From: Amoebophrya sp. A120
Taxonomy: Eukaryota; Protista; Dinoflagellata
DNA: 64,000 nucleotides
Assembly: GCA_905178155.1 (NCBI GenBank)
Contig: CAJINV010000001.1
Location: 5,598,757 to 5,662,756 of the forward strand
Reading direction: 5' to 3'
In this document: piece after piece, positions 26,001 through 37,800 of the stretch
Layout: every line of letters begins with the position of its first letter
Numbering within the stretch: the stretch's first letter is position 1
The notes under the pieces: model-generated
Database searches by the model: none
Told to the model about the DNA's origin: nothing
What the model saw: the letters and a program-made list of their open reading frames with translations, nothing else
Made by a program: the position numbers and the translations under genes

Positions 26001-29000
26001 CCGCCAGCGGGACGCCGGCGCTTCCGTTCAACGAGGCTTGCTTCGCCACCCCAAACAATTTCAGTTCGACTTCCCCTTTTGAAGGGGCGCCGTCGACTCC
26101 GTTCAGATCGGAAATACAGTCCTTCTCGGTCAGAAACTGCTGAAAAGCCTCCGGAGTGAAAAAAGCGACCTCTCCGGGATTCCGGTACGCTTCTACCTCT
26201 TTTAGCGCCTCGGGAGGGAGGTCGCGGTCCCCGCTGTCTTCCCGGTTCCGCTCTCGACTTCTGTTCTGCTGATGGTGCATCCACATGATCAGGAACCCAA
26301 ACGCGCGATGAAGGTCCGGAGGCTGTTTTTCGCTCTCTACGCCCTTCTGCAACAGGATCCGCCCGTAAAATAAACTAGCCCGCAGCCAATTACTCGGGCC
26401 ATCTCCGCAAACGTCGCTCACCTTCATCTCCTCGCGCGCTATCTTGTAGGCCTCGAGAAAAAAGTCCAGCAGGTCTCCAGCATCGTGGGTCGTGCCGCCA
26501 GCAGCAGCCGGACGGTTGCGCTTAGAGCCGGCTTTTGTTGCCACCGCCTCGCTTTGGCTGTCCATATGATTGCTCAGCAGCTGCCGCGCCGCGGTCAGTG
26601 TTTCCATCGAGTCGTTTTGCTGCATCGCTATGCGGGGCACCTTCGGAACCCCGGTAATCATAGGCCGGTCTACCAGCGCCGCGAAAAACTTGTCGATCCC
26701 AGCGAGCTCAACAACCAGACTCGTGCTGTCGATCCTGGTGCGCCCCATCGCGTTGATAGTTTCGAGGTACTGCTCGTTCGCGATTGGTTTCAACTTGTAC
26801 TGAATACGCAACTTCTTCGGGTCGGCGAACGCCTCAACGATACTCAGCGGCGCCTGTGTCTCCGTAAACCCCTGGGAAATTTCCTCGCTAGTGAGTCTCT
26901 GAGAACGAGGGTAAAGCTTCTGCGACTGCAGATACAAATGCAGGCTGTTTACACCGAGACGCACTTTGGCCGACTCATCCCAGTCTCGCAGCCAGTCCTG
27001 CTGTCCGGTTTTCAGCATTTTGCTAAATGTGTCCCAGCTGCTGCCCTTGCCGCGGATACATCCAGAATTCGAGAGCGCAGCCTTGACTTTTTTGAGCACC
27101 CCGTTCGCCAAGCATGCCAGCGCTTTCGGCGCAGCCAAAGCTTCCAGCTGTTTGTACGCTCGAGATGCCCCGGAGCGGTCATCTACCGACGGCGCTGCGG
27201 GCTCCGAAAGCTGGGGAGTTTCAAGTTGTGTCGTTATTGTAGCTTGCCGCGCGATTACGTAATCATCACCATGTTTGAATCGCAGAACTTAGCTCCACAA
27301 ATAGAAAGCATGACTATGAAAATGCCAATCCAACGCAGTGCGCAGCTGCTCATGCTATGTTGTATGTGTACTATACCTCCATGATGTTCAGCAGTATTTT
27401 GAACGTAGCCCGAAGCTCCTGCAGTTCTCCCTGGTCCGGGACGTTGCTTACGCCTCCACAGACGCGGCCAGATCGCAAGATTCCCATCAAGGCCTCCGTC
27501 CCAGTAACCCCGGTGAAGTGGTCGGGAAGCAGTCGCGACGTCAAACCGTGCAAAAAGCCGAGGTGCAGAGTTGCCAGACGGCTCTCGCTTTCCGGACGCA
27601 ATTCCCGGAATTCGTCCCGGAAGGAATAGGCGAAGTAGGCCGGCTGCCGAAGCTGATCCAGTGCCATTACGGTCGCCCCCTTGGCATCTCGAGTTGCCGC
27701 TGCGTGGGGCAACAGCAACACACGTCTCGATCGCAGACCCGCTGCGTCACGCGGAGTCGCGCACAGCAAGAGGCCCTGCTGAAGTCCCAGGAGTGTTCCA
27801 AACTCTTGCTGCGGAGAAACATACAGCGCTTTATCGGGCGAGTAAACCAGATTGACGCGATCCAAGTGCTCCTCGAGTAGGTGTTTCCGCAGGCGATCCC
27901 GAAGCGGTGCCTGCCTTGCATCCCCGAACGTGCCTGCGTCGTGGCGCAGAGGGAGAACTTGGAAGGTGAGGTCCTGCAAACGTGGCAGTTTCACGACTAC
28001 CAAAGCATCTGCGTCGCTGTCTTTTCTCTCGTCGCTGCGCTGGTGGACCGACGGCCCGGCAAACACTTGCATCATGTTGATAAGCTCGAGCCGACGAAAA
28101 ATTTTTTCTCCAAGAATTCGCACGGTTTCGGAGTTGATATCAAGAAAACGTCTGCCGGACGCACAATGCGCGATCTCTTTAGTGTCTCCACGATAAACGA
28201 ACTCGGCGTCGGAGCAAAATCCAGAGGAAGACGCAGACGAAGCTCGTGACTTTTCCAGCGGAATAAACTCAATTACGATACTGCCGCTTTTCTCGTCGAC
28301 AGATAGCCAGTGGCTGAAGTCGTCAATCAAGGTCGCTGGTAGATCGGCCTCCACCGTTCCCTTCGTAATCCCGTGCGCAGCGGTTCCTTCCTCGCAAAAA
28401 TTTGTCACCGTTTCGGCCCCGGAACCACCTCCGCCGCCGAAAAAGCTCGCGTCAGCTGGCGAAAGTATAGACGAGATCGCCGTTGCGTACATCTCTTGCT
28501 GGTCGCCGCACGAGGTGCTGCTCATACCAGACGGGGCTGCCCCTGGCGTCGCAAAGGAACACCAGCTTGGGTCCACCGGCGTAATCGACATGTCCTGGAA
28601 GCTCTCGTCCGTCATTGGCAGCACGTATGCCGGCGTCTTGCTAGGACCATTGTCGCTGAGAGGGGCGACCGCCTGAGCGCCGAGTGGAGCTTGATGGTGA
28701 GCTGCAGGGTCTTGCGCAGGAGTGGCGCCACTCGCAAATCCCGCATCAGTCTGCGTTACGCCGAAGTCGTTGACAGATGCTCCGGCATGCAACAGTCTTT
28801 GCAGGTCGCTCGTGCGATCCAAAAGCTTGGGCTTCTTCGGCACCGGGCCCAAAAGACTGCTGCTGCCGACGTCGTTGCCTCCTCCTTCGAAGTCAAGATT
28901 TGGCGCAACGCCCGGCTCTCGTTTCTGCAGGAATATACTCTCGCTGAGCAGGATTCGGTCGGGTTTGGCAGGCCGTCGGAGCTCGAGTATTTCCGCGCGC

Positions 29001-32000
29001 TCCCCGTTCGAAGGCGAGGGCGGCTGGAAGCAATACTTCCTCCCTCCGATCTCTCCCACCTGTTGCGCGGCGCAGTTGTTCTTCCCTCCGACTACTTGGA
29101 CCGAGGAGGGACGGCAATCGCCGAAAAGCCGCCGGTAACCTGCATCCTCGACAATTGAGTAGTATCCTGTGTAAAAACGTCCCCATCCCATAGTCAAGTT
29201 GCGAACAACTCTGCAACACAAATCCAGAAGTTTTGGAAGCCATGCATGAAAAGTTCGTCCTTGTAGTGGAGTGCAGGTTAGCAAGAGCAGTCGCATCACA
29301 AACCCAATTCCTTATCCTGTTTACAGCATTACAAATGCCAAAACACGATTGGCAATTCCCTTCATGTCGATGCGCATTACAAATGTTCCTGTCATTGCAA
29401 ACCTGCATGGCAACAATTATGGGGTGGGGACGTTTTTACATAGGATAAGTAGTGCAACCGATTTACCGGGGTGCGATCGATCAGAAGCTCGCCAGAGAGC
29501 ACATCGACGTCCGCGGTCCGCCGCGTCGATAAACCCCCCGGCCCCGCTTCGACTGTAAGCCTGGCCCGGTACCAGTTGCAGCCACCGTCGCTGTTAGTTT
29601 TTTGTTTTTGCCCCTTCTCTTTCCCGCTTTGCTTCAATGCAAGCGCCAGACCTTGATGCTTCCACGCCAAGTCTTCGTCCCAACAGTCCTGCTGTGTATA
29701 CGCGCGCAGAAATTCGGTGAGCGCGGAATCTTTCAGCGCTGGGGCTTCCAGAAACTCTTTAGTCAAGTCGTAGGCAGGCTGACTGCCGAGGGCTTCGTGC
29801 ACGGCTTTTGTCATTCCCTGCGCTCGCACTTCCGCGAAAAACAACATCGTAGATGACCATGAGCCTTGCTCATCATGCTTCGCCTGGTTGTCTGCAAGCG
29901 TTGCACGGATGTAAAACCATGCCGCCGCATCGGAAAGCTTGGGCAGCTCTATGTCTTCGATCGGAATCACGCCGCTGTTCGGTCCGGGTCGTAGGAGCCG
30001 GTCGTCGTCTGCAAAAGTCAGGGACGCCGCTACGCAGATCCCCGAGAGCCGGGCCGAGGCAGAGTCGCCCTTGCTACCACGCGTGCGCTTCAGCTGGTCG
30101 ATCCAGCGAAGTGCCTGTGTGCGGGCCATGCGCAGAAGGCCCACCGCTGCTTCGCATTTCGGGCAGTGTTCAAACACAAAAACCCCGATCAGGACCGCTA
30201 TGGTGAGTTCCGTCACTCTGTCCCAGGCATCCCAGTTTTGCGTCAGAATGTCCCGGGCGTGCTTGCACAAATCTTCCGAAAGAGAAGAACCGAGGTCGGC
30301 CAGCGCAGCCGCCGAACTTCGCATCCAGCGTCGCATGCCCATATCAGAAATATCCAGAAGATTCTCGTCGTCGTCGGCAGCACCAGCAGCAGCGCCGAAT
30401 AGGTCATCTTCTTCATGATCCTCACTGCGCGTCAGTGGAGGCCCGGTTTGCCAAAGGACTCCCAAAACCAGCCGGCCCACGTCTTCATGGTTCAAACTGT
30501 TTAGACCCCCGGTTAAGAGCTTAGCGAGTCGGAACAGCTGCAGGGTCGGCCCAGCAGCTCGCAGTAGTCCTAGTTGTTCTGCTGCTCTGGCGACCAGCGA
30601 ATGGCCCCCGCTTTTGATCTTCGCGTAGACAGCATTCTCGCAATGCCCGAAGCCTGTGAAGTCTTGCAGTACCTGATGCCGCGGATCCACCAGGCTTAGG
30701 CGAAGCCACTCGATCACCTTGATAACCCAGCTTGACCGCTGCCCCCTCAGCAGCCGGCCGCCTTTACAGCCGCCGTCCTTTTTGCCCTTATCGCGGGCCG
30801 TTTCATACGGGTTAGTATGCTCTTCAGAATCAAGCACCTCAGCCAGGAGGTTGTGCTGGTTGTTTCTGATTATACACGAATTCTCATCAAGCGAAGCAAC
30901 TTGCTCGTACTTCGTTTTCCCAGATTTCGCGACGAGTTCCGGTCGCAACATTCGAGAGCAAAGCCGAACCCTGCGCCCCGAAGTCAGGATCTTATCGGTG
31001 TCCCTGTCGCTCGCTTCCCCAAGGGCCTTCATCAGGGGCTCGAACTCGTGCCACTTGAACATGTGGTCGTCTTCGTATGGCTGCGAAACGGCACTCTCGT
31101 CGTCGGCCCCGAGAAACTCGCCGAAGTCGATCCATGCTTCCTCCTGTGCAATGAGACGCTCTGACATGAGGAGGTGGAACAAGAGGTAGGTTTGGTCATT
31201 ATCCGACTCTGGCAACAGTTTTCGGTATCTCGAGATTTTGATCATGGCGATCTTCCTCCTGGCCTGGCACGCCTCGCACCTTTCGCCGATATACCTTCTG
31301 CCGCTCTTCTTGCAGGCACAGTCACTCCCGCGGTTGTTAAGCGTAAACTCCTCGATTTGCTCCTCCAGCGACTCGCATTCCTCGTGCTTTTCTCGCCAGT
31401 CTTCGCGCTTCTTCTCTTGGTTCTCGCGACATTTCGCATTGATTTGCGCCTTCTGCGTGTCGATTAATTCCTTCATCTTCTTGTCCTTCGCAAGTGCCAG
31501 CGCCAAGAACTTCGAATGCGGCCAATTCACGGTCTCCAGTTTCGATTTCGAATGCTTCGCTCTCGTTTTCCTGCTCTTCATGTACCCCTGGTTTTTTTTT
31601 CGGCCCATCGATGTACTTTTCTACTTCTGCATCAAAGTCGAAGCCTCTGAAAAAGAAGGGACTAGAAAAAGCTAACCAAAGCGAAACCAAGCAGAGCCGA
31701 AATTTCAAAAAATGGTCACTGCTGTCCTTACCTCGAGGGAACTGAGCTGCTGCTTGTGCTTCGCTTCAGGCAAAAACAAAAGTGACAACAAGTGCGTGAA
31801 GTCGTATCCCAGAAAGTTTCCCAAAGCCGGGTGCTTCTGGCATGCCTCCCGATCCAAAAGCAGGCAACCTGTCAGGCCGGTCAAAATGACAACCGAAATT
31901 CCACGGAGGTCCCCGCGCAGTCCGGTCCCTGTGTTTCGCGTCGTGACCCGCGCGGCTGATGTCCCGTCGGAGAGGCCGAAAAACAGCTGCCTGGCGAGAC

Positions 32001-34116
32001 GCAGATAACTCCGCAAGAGCTTTCGGAGCCCAAATTTTTTCTGGTAAATCTGTAACTTCTGCACCGCCTCCGAGTCGCGTTCTTGTTCGGCGAACTCCCA
32101 AAGCCGGCGGACGTTTTCCTCCACGTCCAAAAGGATGTCGACCATCCGCACCCCGGACCGCTCCGTGCTGTGGTCCTCGTAGTACGCCAGAATCTTGCTA
32201 AGCCTCTTAATATTTTCCTGGACGTGCTGGAGTTCCTTATCCACGTCCCCCCCCGCCCCGTGAAGCTGCAGGCGCCGCCGTGCTAAATTTGCGTGATCCC
32301 GCCATGGCTCGAATTCCTCCTCCGCGAACGCTTCGCTCGCTCCACTTTCGTCGCGGAGTGCCAGCCGTTGCCGTGCTTCCTCGATGTGCTCCGACGAGTT
32401 TGCCATCCCATGCTGGCAGTCGCGAACCACCTGCGCGTGCGTAATGGCGACCTCGCACACAGCGCTCACCGGGGTCCTGCTCTTCTCCACCGCAGCCACC
32501 AATTTGTTTGTGTCGCAGACCACTTTGTCAATCAGGTCCTTAAGTGCCTTGGCCCATGTTTCTTGCGGCCCGTCATCCGGGTCTGGGTGCACGTTGAACT
32601 CGGGAAAGCGATCTTGCAGTTTTCCAAGACGGCGGACGAGCTTCCTCGAAGCCTCCGCAATGGCCGAAAGCTCCCGCGAGCCAACCGCTGCCGAGGGCTT
32701 CTGACAGGCGACTACTGTTGCGTGCTGTGTATAGGCCAGAAAACGCAGCCAGACGATTTTGTACAGCATCGGGCTTCTCAAGAAGTTGAGTGCTAGGAAC
32801 TTCGCGACCGTCCGCACTGCAGCCCACGCGGAACTTCTTCGCCAGATCGCGCCCGAGTCGGCATTGCGGAAGCAGTCGTGTACCTTGAATGCAACTTGCG
32901 CTCCCGGGTCCGATTGCATTTCAGCACCGCAGGCACGCGGAAAAAATTCCGTGAGCAAATCTGGAGCGGGGACGCGGCAGGACGACGGTGTCCCTCGCAC
33001 GCCACTGAAGCCTGCCAAAGGCACGTCGGGAGGGTCGAGCTCGATACTATGCATGGCAAACTAATGATCTGCGCGCTGAGTGGTCTAGAGCGCAGGCGCG
33101 CAGTGCGGGATAGCATCTGAGCACCTGCACCCCCAGCCTGCTTCGCATGCATCGATCGAAGCGCAGGCTTTGTTTTCGCGATTATATCAGCCGACACATA
33201 CCAGCGGATCGCATGGCGCATCATGTTGCACATGCCGTGTATCAAACCGGAGGAAGCCGCATCAGAAAGCAATAAATAAACTAAAACCACTCAGGAGCTG
33301 CTTGTAGGTTTCATTTTCGTAAAAAGTCTTTTCCGACTTCACGCCGCAGAGTGGCTCGGCGGTGGCCGTCAGCTCCACGAGCGTCTTTGCAAACTGCAGC
33401 TGCATCGCCTTCTGGAACTCGATCATCGCGACCTTTGTCGGAACATTTTGCACGACGGTGCGGTCGCGAGGGGTGCCAGTGTGGACAGCGGTTGGGGTTT
33501 GGGCGTCCCACATGTGCATCTTGATCCAGGTTGTCCCTCCACAAGGAGTGTCGTCGTCAACCCGCTCCAGGACGAGAACCGCGTTTTGGGCCCGCACGTA
33601 CAACACGACCACGGCATCCGGAAGCCCGCGGCCGAGGCGCCCGCGGCCGAGGCCTCTGATTTGTCGGTGTAAAGCCAGCGGATCCGGCTGTAGCTTCCCC
33701 GTCTTCTTATCGACCGCGTGCAGCTCCACGAAGCGCGTCAGCATTTGCAAATACTTGTCGAACTTCGATGTCTGGATAGTGTCATTATGCTCGGGGGCGT
33801 AAAAGTCGTCGCTTGCAAGCTGCGGCGGATTGCTGCATAGCCAGTTGTGCCCCTCCTGTCCGCGGACAAACTCCGCGAAGTGCCGCAGAAATTTTCCTGG
33901 ATTCTCCTCATCTTCCGTCATTAGCGGCGGACGCAGCGCCGGAAAAAGACTGCTGTGCTGTTGCCTGGCCAGGTCGTCGCTGTTCCACTTTTCGAGGTTC
34001 TCAATCGCCTCGAGATCGCTGTCGTTCCCGGTCGCGTCCTCATCGTGGGCACAGTTTTCCCTTTTAAAAGCAGGGTCCCGCTTTACGCGCTCGTCCTGCT
34101 CGACCTTCACCTCCAT
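20083..34116 (-). CDS. Giant (~4,050 aa) DUF6606/DUF3638/DUF3645 P-loop protein, copy B, about 9 exons
   Basis: Colinear with copy A: LAFELD, FSMGEGKTSVVMP, LIDESDQVL, RHRVQYG..MAVPYVAKD, GFSGT, TRGTDL, LLQSSGRLRGLGRGQ, QERELEQELEEER. Introns: GT-AG 31588-31731, 27211-27376, 20818-20995; GC-AG 21477-21710; non-canonical or ambiguous ~33040-33293, 29163-29452, ~24443-24783, ~23631-23843. Confidence 0.85.
29163..29452. mobile_element. Introner-like element forming a non-canonical intron: 30-bp terminal inverted repeats (TIRs) plus a 5-6 bp direct repeat
   Basis: 29163-29192 tatcctgtgtaaaaacgtccccatcccata is the reverse complement of 29418-29447 (2 mismatches). AGTAG occurs at 29158-29162 and 29448-29452. 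Removing the element plus one repeat gives TPVNRLHYSIVED, gap-free against copy A APIRSLPRSIVEH. Confidence 0.9.
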
Positions 34117-34864
34117 CTTTGCGCTGGCTCGTGCACTAGATTATAAGCACCATAATTATGCCTTATGATGAGCGGGAATAATGCTCTTACATTTTTTTAC
34201 CACACAGTCACATTCAAAGAGGTGGAAAAAAGCATTGATAAAAAGCCACTAGAGTGGTAAAGCGATTGAGCGCGCATGGCACTCACAGCGTGCCAGCGTC
34301 TGTCGATGTGTACATTACTTATAAAAAACGTACTCGTGCAGCTGCGGATTTATTCCCGCTTGTTCGCAAAACTACGATGTCCTTCGAGAAAGCCACCCTG
34401 AGTGATGTGCTCCATTTCGAAACAAGAAGAAAAAGTATCTAATGTATAGAGGACAATTGCAGCTAACCTCCTGCACGATAAGTTGGACCAGTTTGCGCAT
34501 CATTCCACTTGCGATATTCCCGAAGGATACAGCTAGACTTGCAGCTCTGCTTCGCAATCAGACAAGTTCGACCAGACTTCAACAACTTTACGACGATGGC
34601 AGCACGATTCTTGTCACGACGTGGATCTCTTTGATCTTTTGTCACACAGCGCAATCTTGTGTCATCAATTACACAAAAGAACGAGTCACACCTAGGTACT
34701 TGATCTTCGTCCGCCAGTAGTCAGAAGAAATCTTTGCAACCCAAAAAAATTCGCGATGGAGCTCGTGCTCGAGGCATTGATAGTGGAGGAACGTGCTGCG
34801 TTCTCGTCTCCAGCTATTGCATGTGAGTTCTTTTTTTGCGCGTTCAGATTTCTTTGCCTGATTT

Positions 34865-37800
34865 TCAGTTTTCTGGAAAAAGGTGTTTCTGACAGAGATC
34901 TACTTCTTCCTTGCCCCCGTAGACTACGCCTATTCTCTGGTCAAGCTCCTGAGCCGCAATTTCCAATACACTCTGCGGCACTGCGGAAAAGGCGGGATCC
35001 ACCAAACTCGCGCCGCCGGCTCGTTCTACCAAAAACGCGATGGGAGCGCACTCATACAGCAACCTGGTGCAAGTATGATTTTCAAATACTTTGAGTGTTT
35101 GCTTCTTTGTACAATCACCTCATACAAGCATTTTTGGGTTTTTTCGGACATGTAAAGCTGTGAGGTGTGCGTGCGCGCGCGCGCGCGTTTTGCGTGTTTT
35201 TGCGCGCGCGCGCGCGCTTTTTGGCGCGTTTGCGCGTGCGCGCGCGCGCGCGGAGCTGCGTTTTTGCGCGCACGCGCGCGCGCACGCTTTTAAGCCAGGT
35301 GTGTCAGATGTGTGTGTGCGCGCTTCCGCGCGCGCTGGTGTGCGCGGCGCGCGCGCGCGCGCACACGGGGACCAGGAGGAGGTGCGCGCGCGCGCGCGCT
35401 CCCGCTCGCGCTCCTGTGCTCTGCGCGCGCGCGCGCGCACACGGGGATGCGGAGGAGGTGCGCGCGCGCGCGCGCACAGGGGGACCAGGAGGAGGTGCGC
35501 GCGCGCTCCTGTGCTCTGCGCGCGCGCGCGCGCACACGGGGATGCGGAGGAGGTGCGCGCGCCCCTGTGCGCGGCGCGCGCGCGCACAGGGGGACCAGGA
35601 GGAGGTGCGCGCGCGCGCGCGCTCCCGCGCGCGCTCCTGTGCTCTGCGCGCGCGCGCGCGCGCACACGGGGATGCGGAGGAGGTGCGCGCTCCTGTGCGC
35701 GGCGCGCGCGCGCACAGGGGGACCAGGAGGAGGTGCGCGCGCGCGCGCGCTCCCGCGCGCGCTCCTGTGCGCTGCGCGCGCGCGCGCGCACACGGGGATG
35801 CGGAGGGGACGCGCGCGCGCGCGCTCCTGTGCGCGGCGCGCGCGCGCACACGGGGATGTGGAGGGGACGCGCGCGCGCGCGCTCCCGCGCGCAGACGGGG
35901 ATGCGGAGGAGGCGCGCGCGCGCTCCCGCGCGCACACGGGGATGAGGAGGAGACGCGCGCGCGCACGCACGTGGATGGGGAGGAGACGGAGCAGTCCACC
36001 GCTCTTGGTGGTTGAAAAAGGTATCTGTGCGTGAAGGCTCCAAAGGCCGAGCGTTGCCAAGCTACTCCCGACGGCAGGCTTGCGCCTGAAGGACGCTCTT
36101 TCTATTCCTGTTGTCCTCCAGACGCAATGTCCTACCCGCGCTCTTGCCTGGGAGCGCGTTTCGCTTGCGCGGTTGCTTGGGTGCGTGCTTGCTTCTGTGG
36201 CCAGGTTGTTCTACTGTGGCAGGTTGATCTTGGCCCATTTCATCAACCACCGGGGGCATCAACCCCACCACCACCCCACCCACCCTCGGACCGTCCGATG
36301 CAAGCAGGAGTGATGCAAGCAGGAGTTTGCGTCGGCTGAAGGCTCAGCGGTGGGCCGTCACGAGCCAGCGGCGGAACGAGTCAGCGGCGGCTCGGCCCAG
36401 TGGCGGCACGAGTCGAGTCTGCGGCGGCTGTCACGAGGCAGCGGCGTCAGCGGCGGCACGAGTCAGAAGCGGCTGCCTGCCTGCATCTGCTCGAGCTGCC
36501 AGGCGCCGGGGGTAGGCAGGCAGCCGCCGGTGCCTCGTGGCGGAGCGGGTGTGGGTTGGGTAGTAGGGGCTGGCTCCCGGGCGTGGAGCGTGCCTGGCGC
36601 TGGTTGGTGATTGGACGTGCCTGGCGCTGGTTGAGCCAGCGGCGGCCTCCGGAGTCGCCGGCGGCCCCAGGAGTCAGCGGCGGGCCTCTAGTCAGCGGCG
36701 GCCCCACTGATCAACGGCGGCCCCATTGGTCAGCGGCGGCCCCTCCGTCAGTGGCGGCCCCTTAGTCAGCGGCGGCCCTCTGGCCAGCGGCGGCTCCTTA
36801 GTCAGCGGCGGCCCCATTGGTAAGCGGCGGCATCTTAGTCATCGGCGGCCCCTTAGGCAGCGGCGGCCCCTTAGTCAGAGGCGGCCCCATAGTCCGCGGC
36901 GGCGCCACTGGTCAGGGGCGGCCCTCTGGTCAGCGGCGGCGCTCTGGCCAGCGGTGGCCCCATTGGTAAGCGGCGGCATCTTAGTCACCGGCGGCCCCTC
37001 AGTCAGCGGCGGCCCCTTAGTCAGCGGCGGCGCCACTGGTCAGCGGCGGCCCCCCCCGGGAGTCAGCGGCGGCGCTCTGGCCAGCCGTCGGCCCCTTAGT
37101 CAGCGGCGGCCCCATTGGTAGGCGGTGGCATCTTACTCAATGGTGGCCCCTTAGTCAGCGCCGGCCCCGTGGTCAGCGGCGGCCCCTTAGTCAGCGGCGG
37201 CGCCACTGGTCACTCAGGGGCGGCCCTCTGGTCAGTGGCGGCTCCTTTGTTATGGGCAGTCCCCGAACCAGGGGCAGCGGCGCGGCCCCATTGTCAGCCC
37301 CTTAGTCAGCGGCGGCCCCTTGCTGGGCGGTGGCCCCTTCGCCAGCGGAGGCCTCATTGGTCAGCGGCGGCCCCACGAGTCAGCTGTGAGTCTGTCAGCG
37401 GCGGCCCTCCGGTCAGCGACGCTCCCCGGCGATCTCACGAGTCAGCGGCGGCCCATCGGTCCGAGGGTGTCCAAATGGGTCCATCCATGGGTCGCGGGCT
37501 GGCTGGCTGTCTGATTAAGGTGGACATGCCCTTGTCTGCCCGCCCCTTTGCCTGCGTGCCCTGCGCCTGGCCGGCTGATGTGGCTGATGAAATTGCCCGG
37601 CCCGCGAGCCAGCGGCGGCTCGGGACAGCGGCGGCTGCCTGCCTGCCCCTCCCCTCGCCTGCTCTGTGCCTGGCTAATGGTAGCCGCTGTTGTGCCTCGT
37701 AGGTGGGTGGTGGGGTTGATGCCCCCGGTGGTTGATGAAATGGGCCAAGACGTAAACCGTGAACCGCGAACAAGGACGCGCTGCTCCCGGTAGAGGTTGA

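Noticed and set aside
4844-34116. Deubiquitinase label often attached to DUF3638/DUF3645 proteins
   Set aside because: No OTU or USP catalytic motifs seen; only SF2-type ATPase motifs
35091-36060. Arg/Ala-rich ORFs in all six frames
   Set aside because: By-product of stop-free (CG)n repeats inside an intron
36400-37702. VSGGPL-repeat ORFs, or a CRISPR-like array
   Set aside because: Contiguous degenerate minisatellite with no unique spacers, no cas genes and a eukaryotic context
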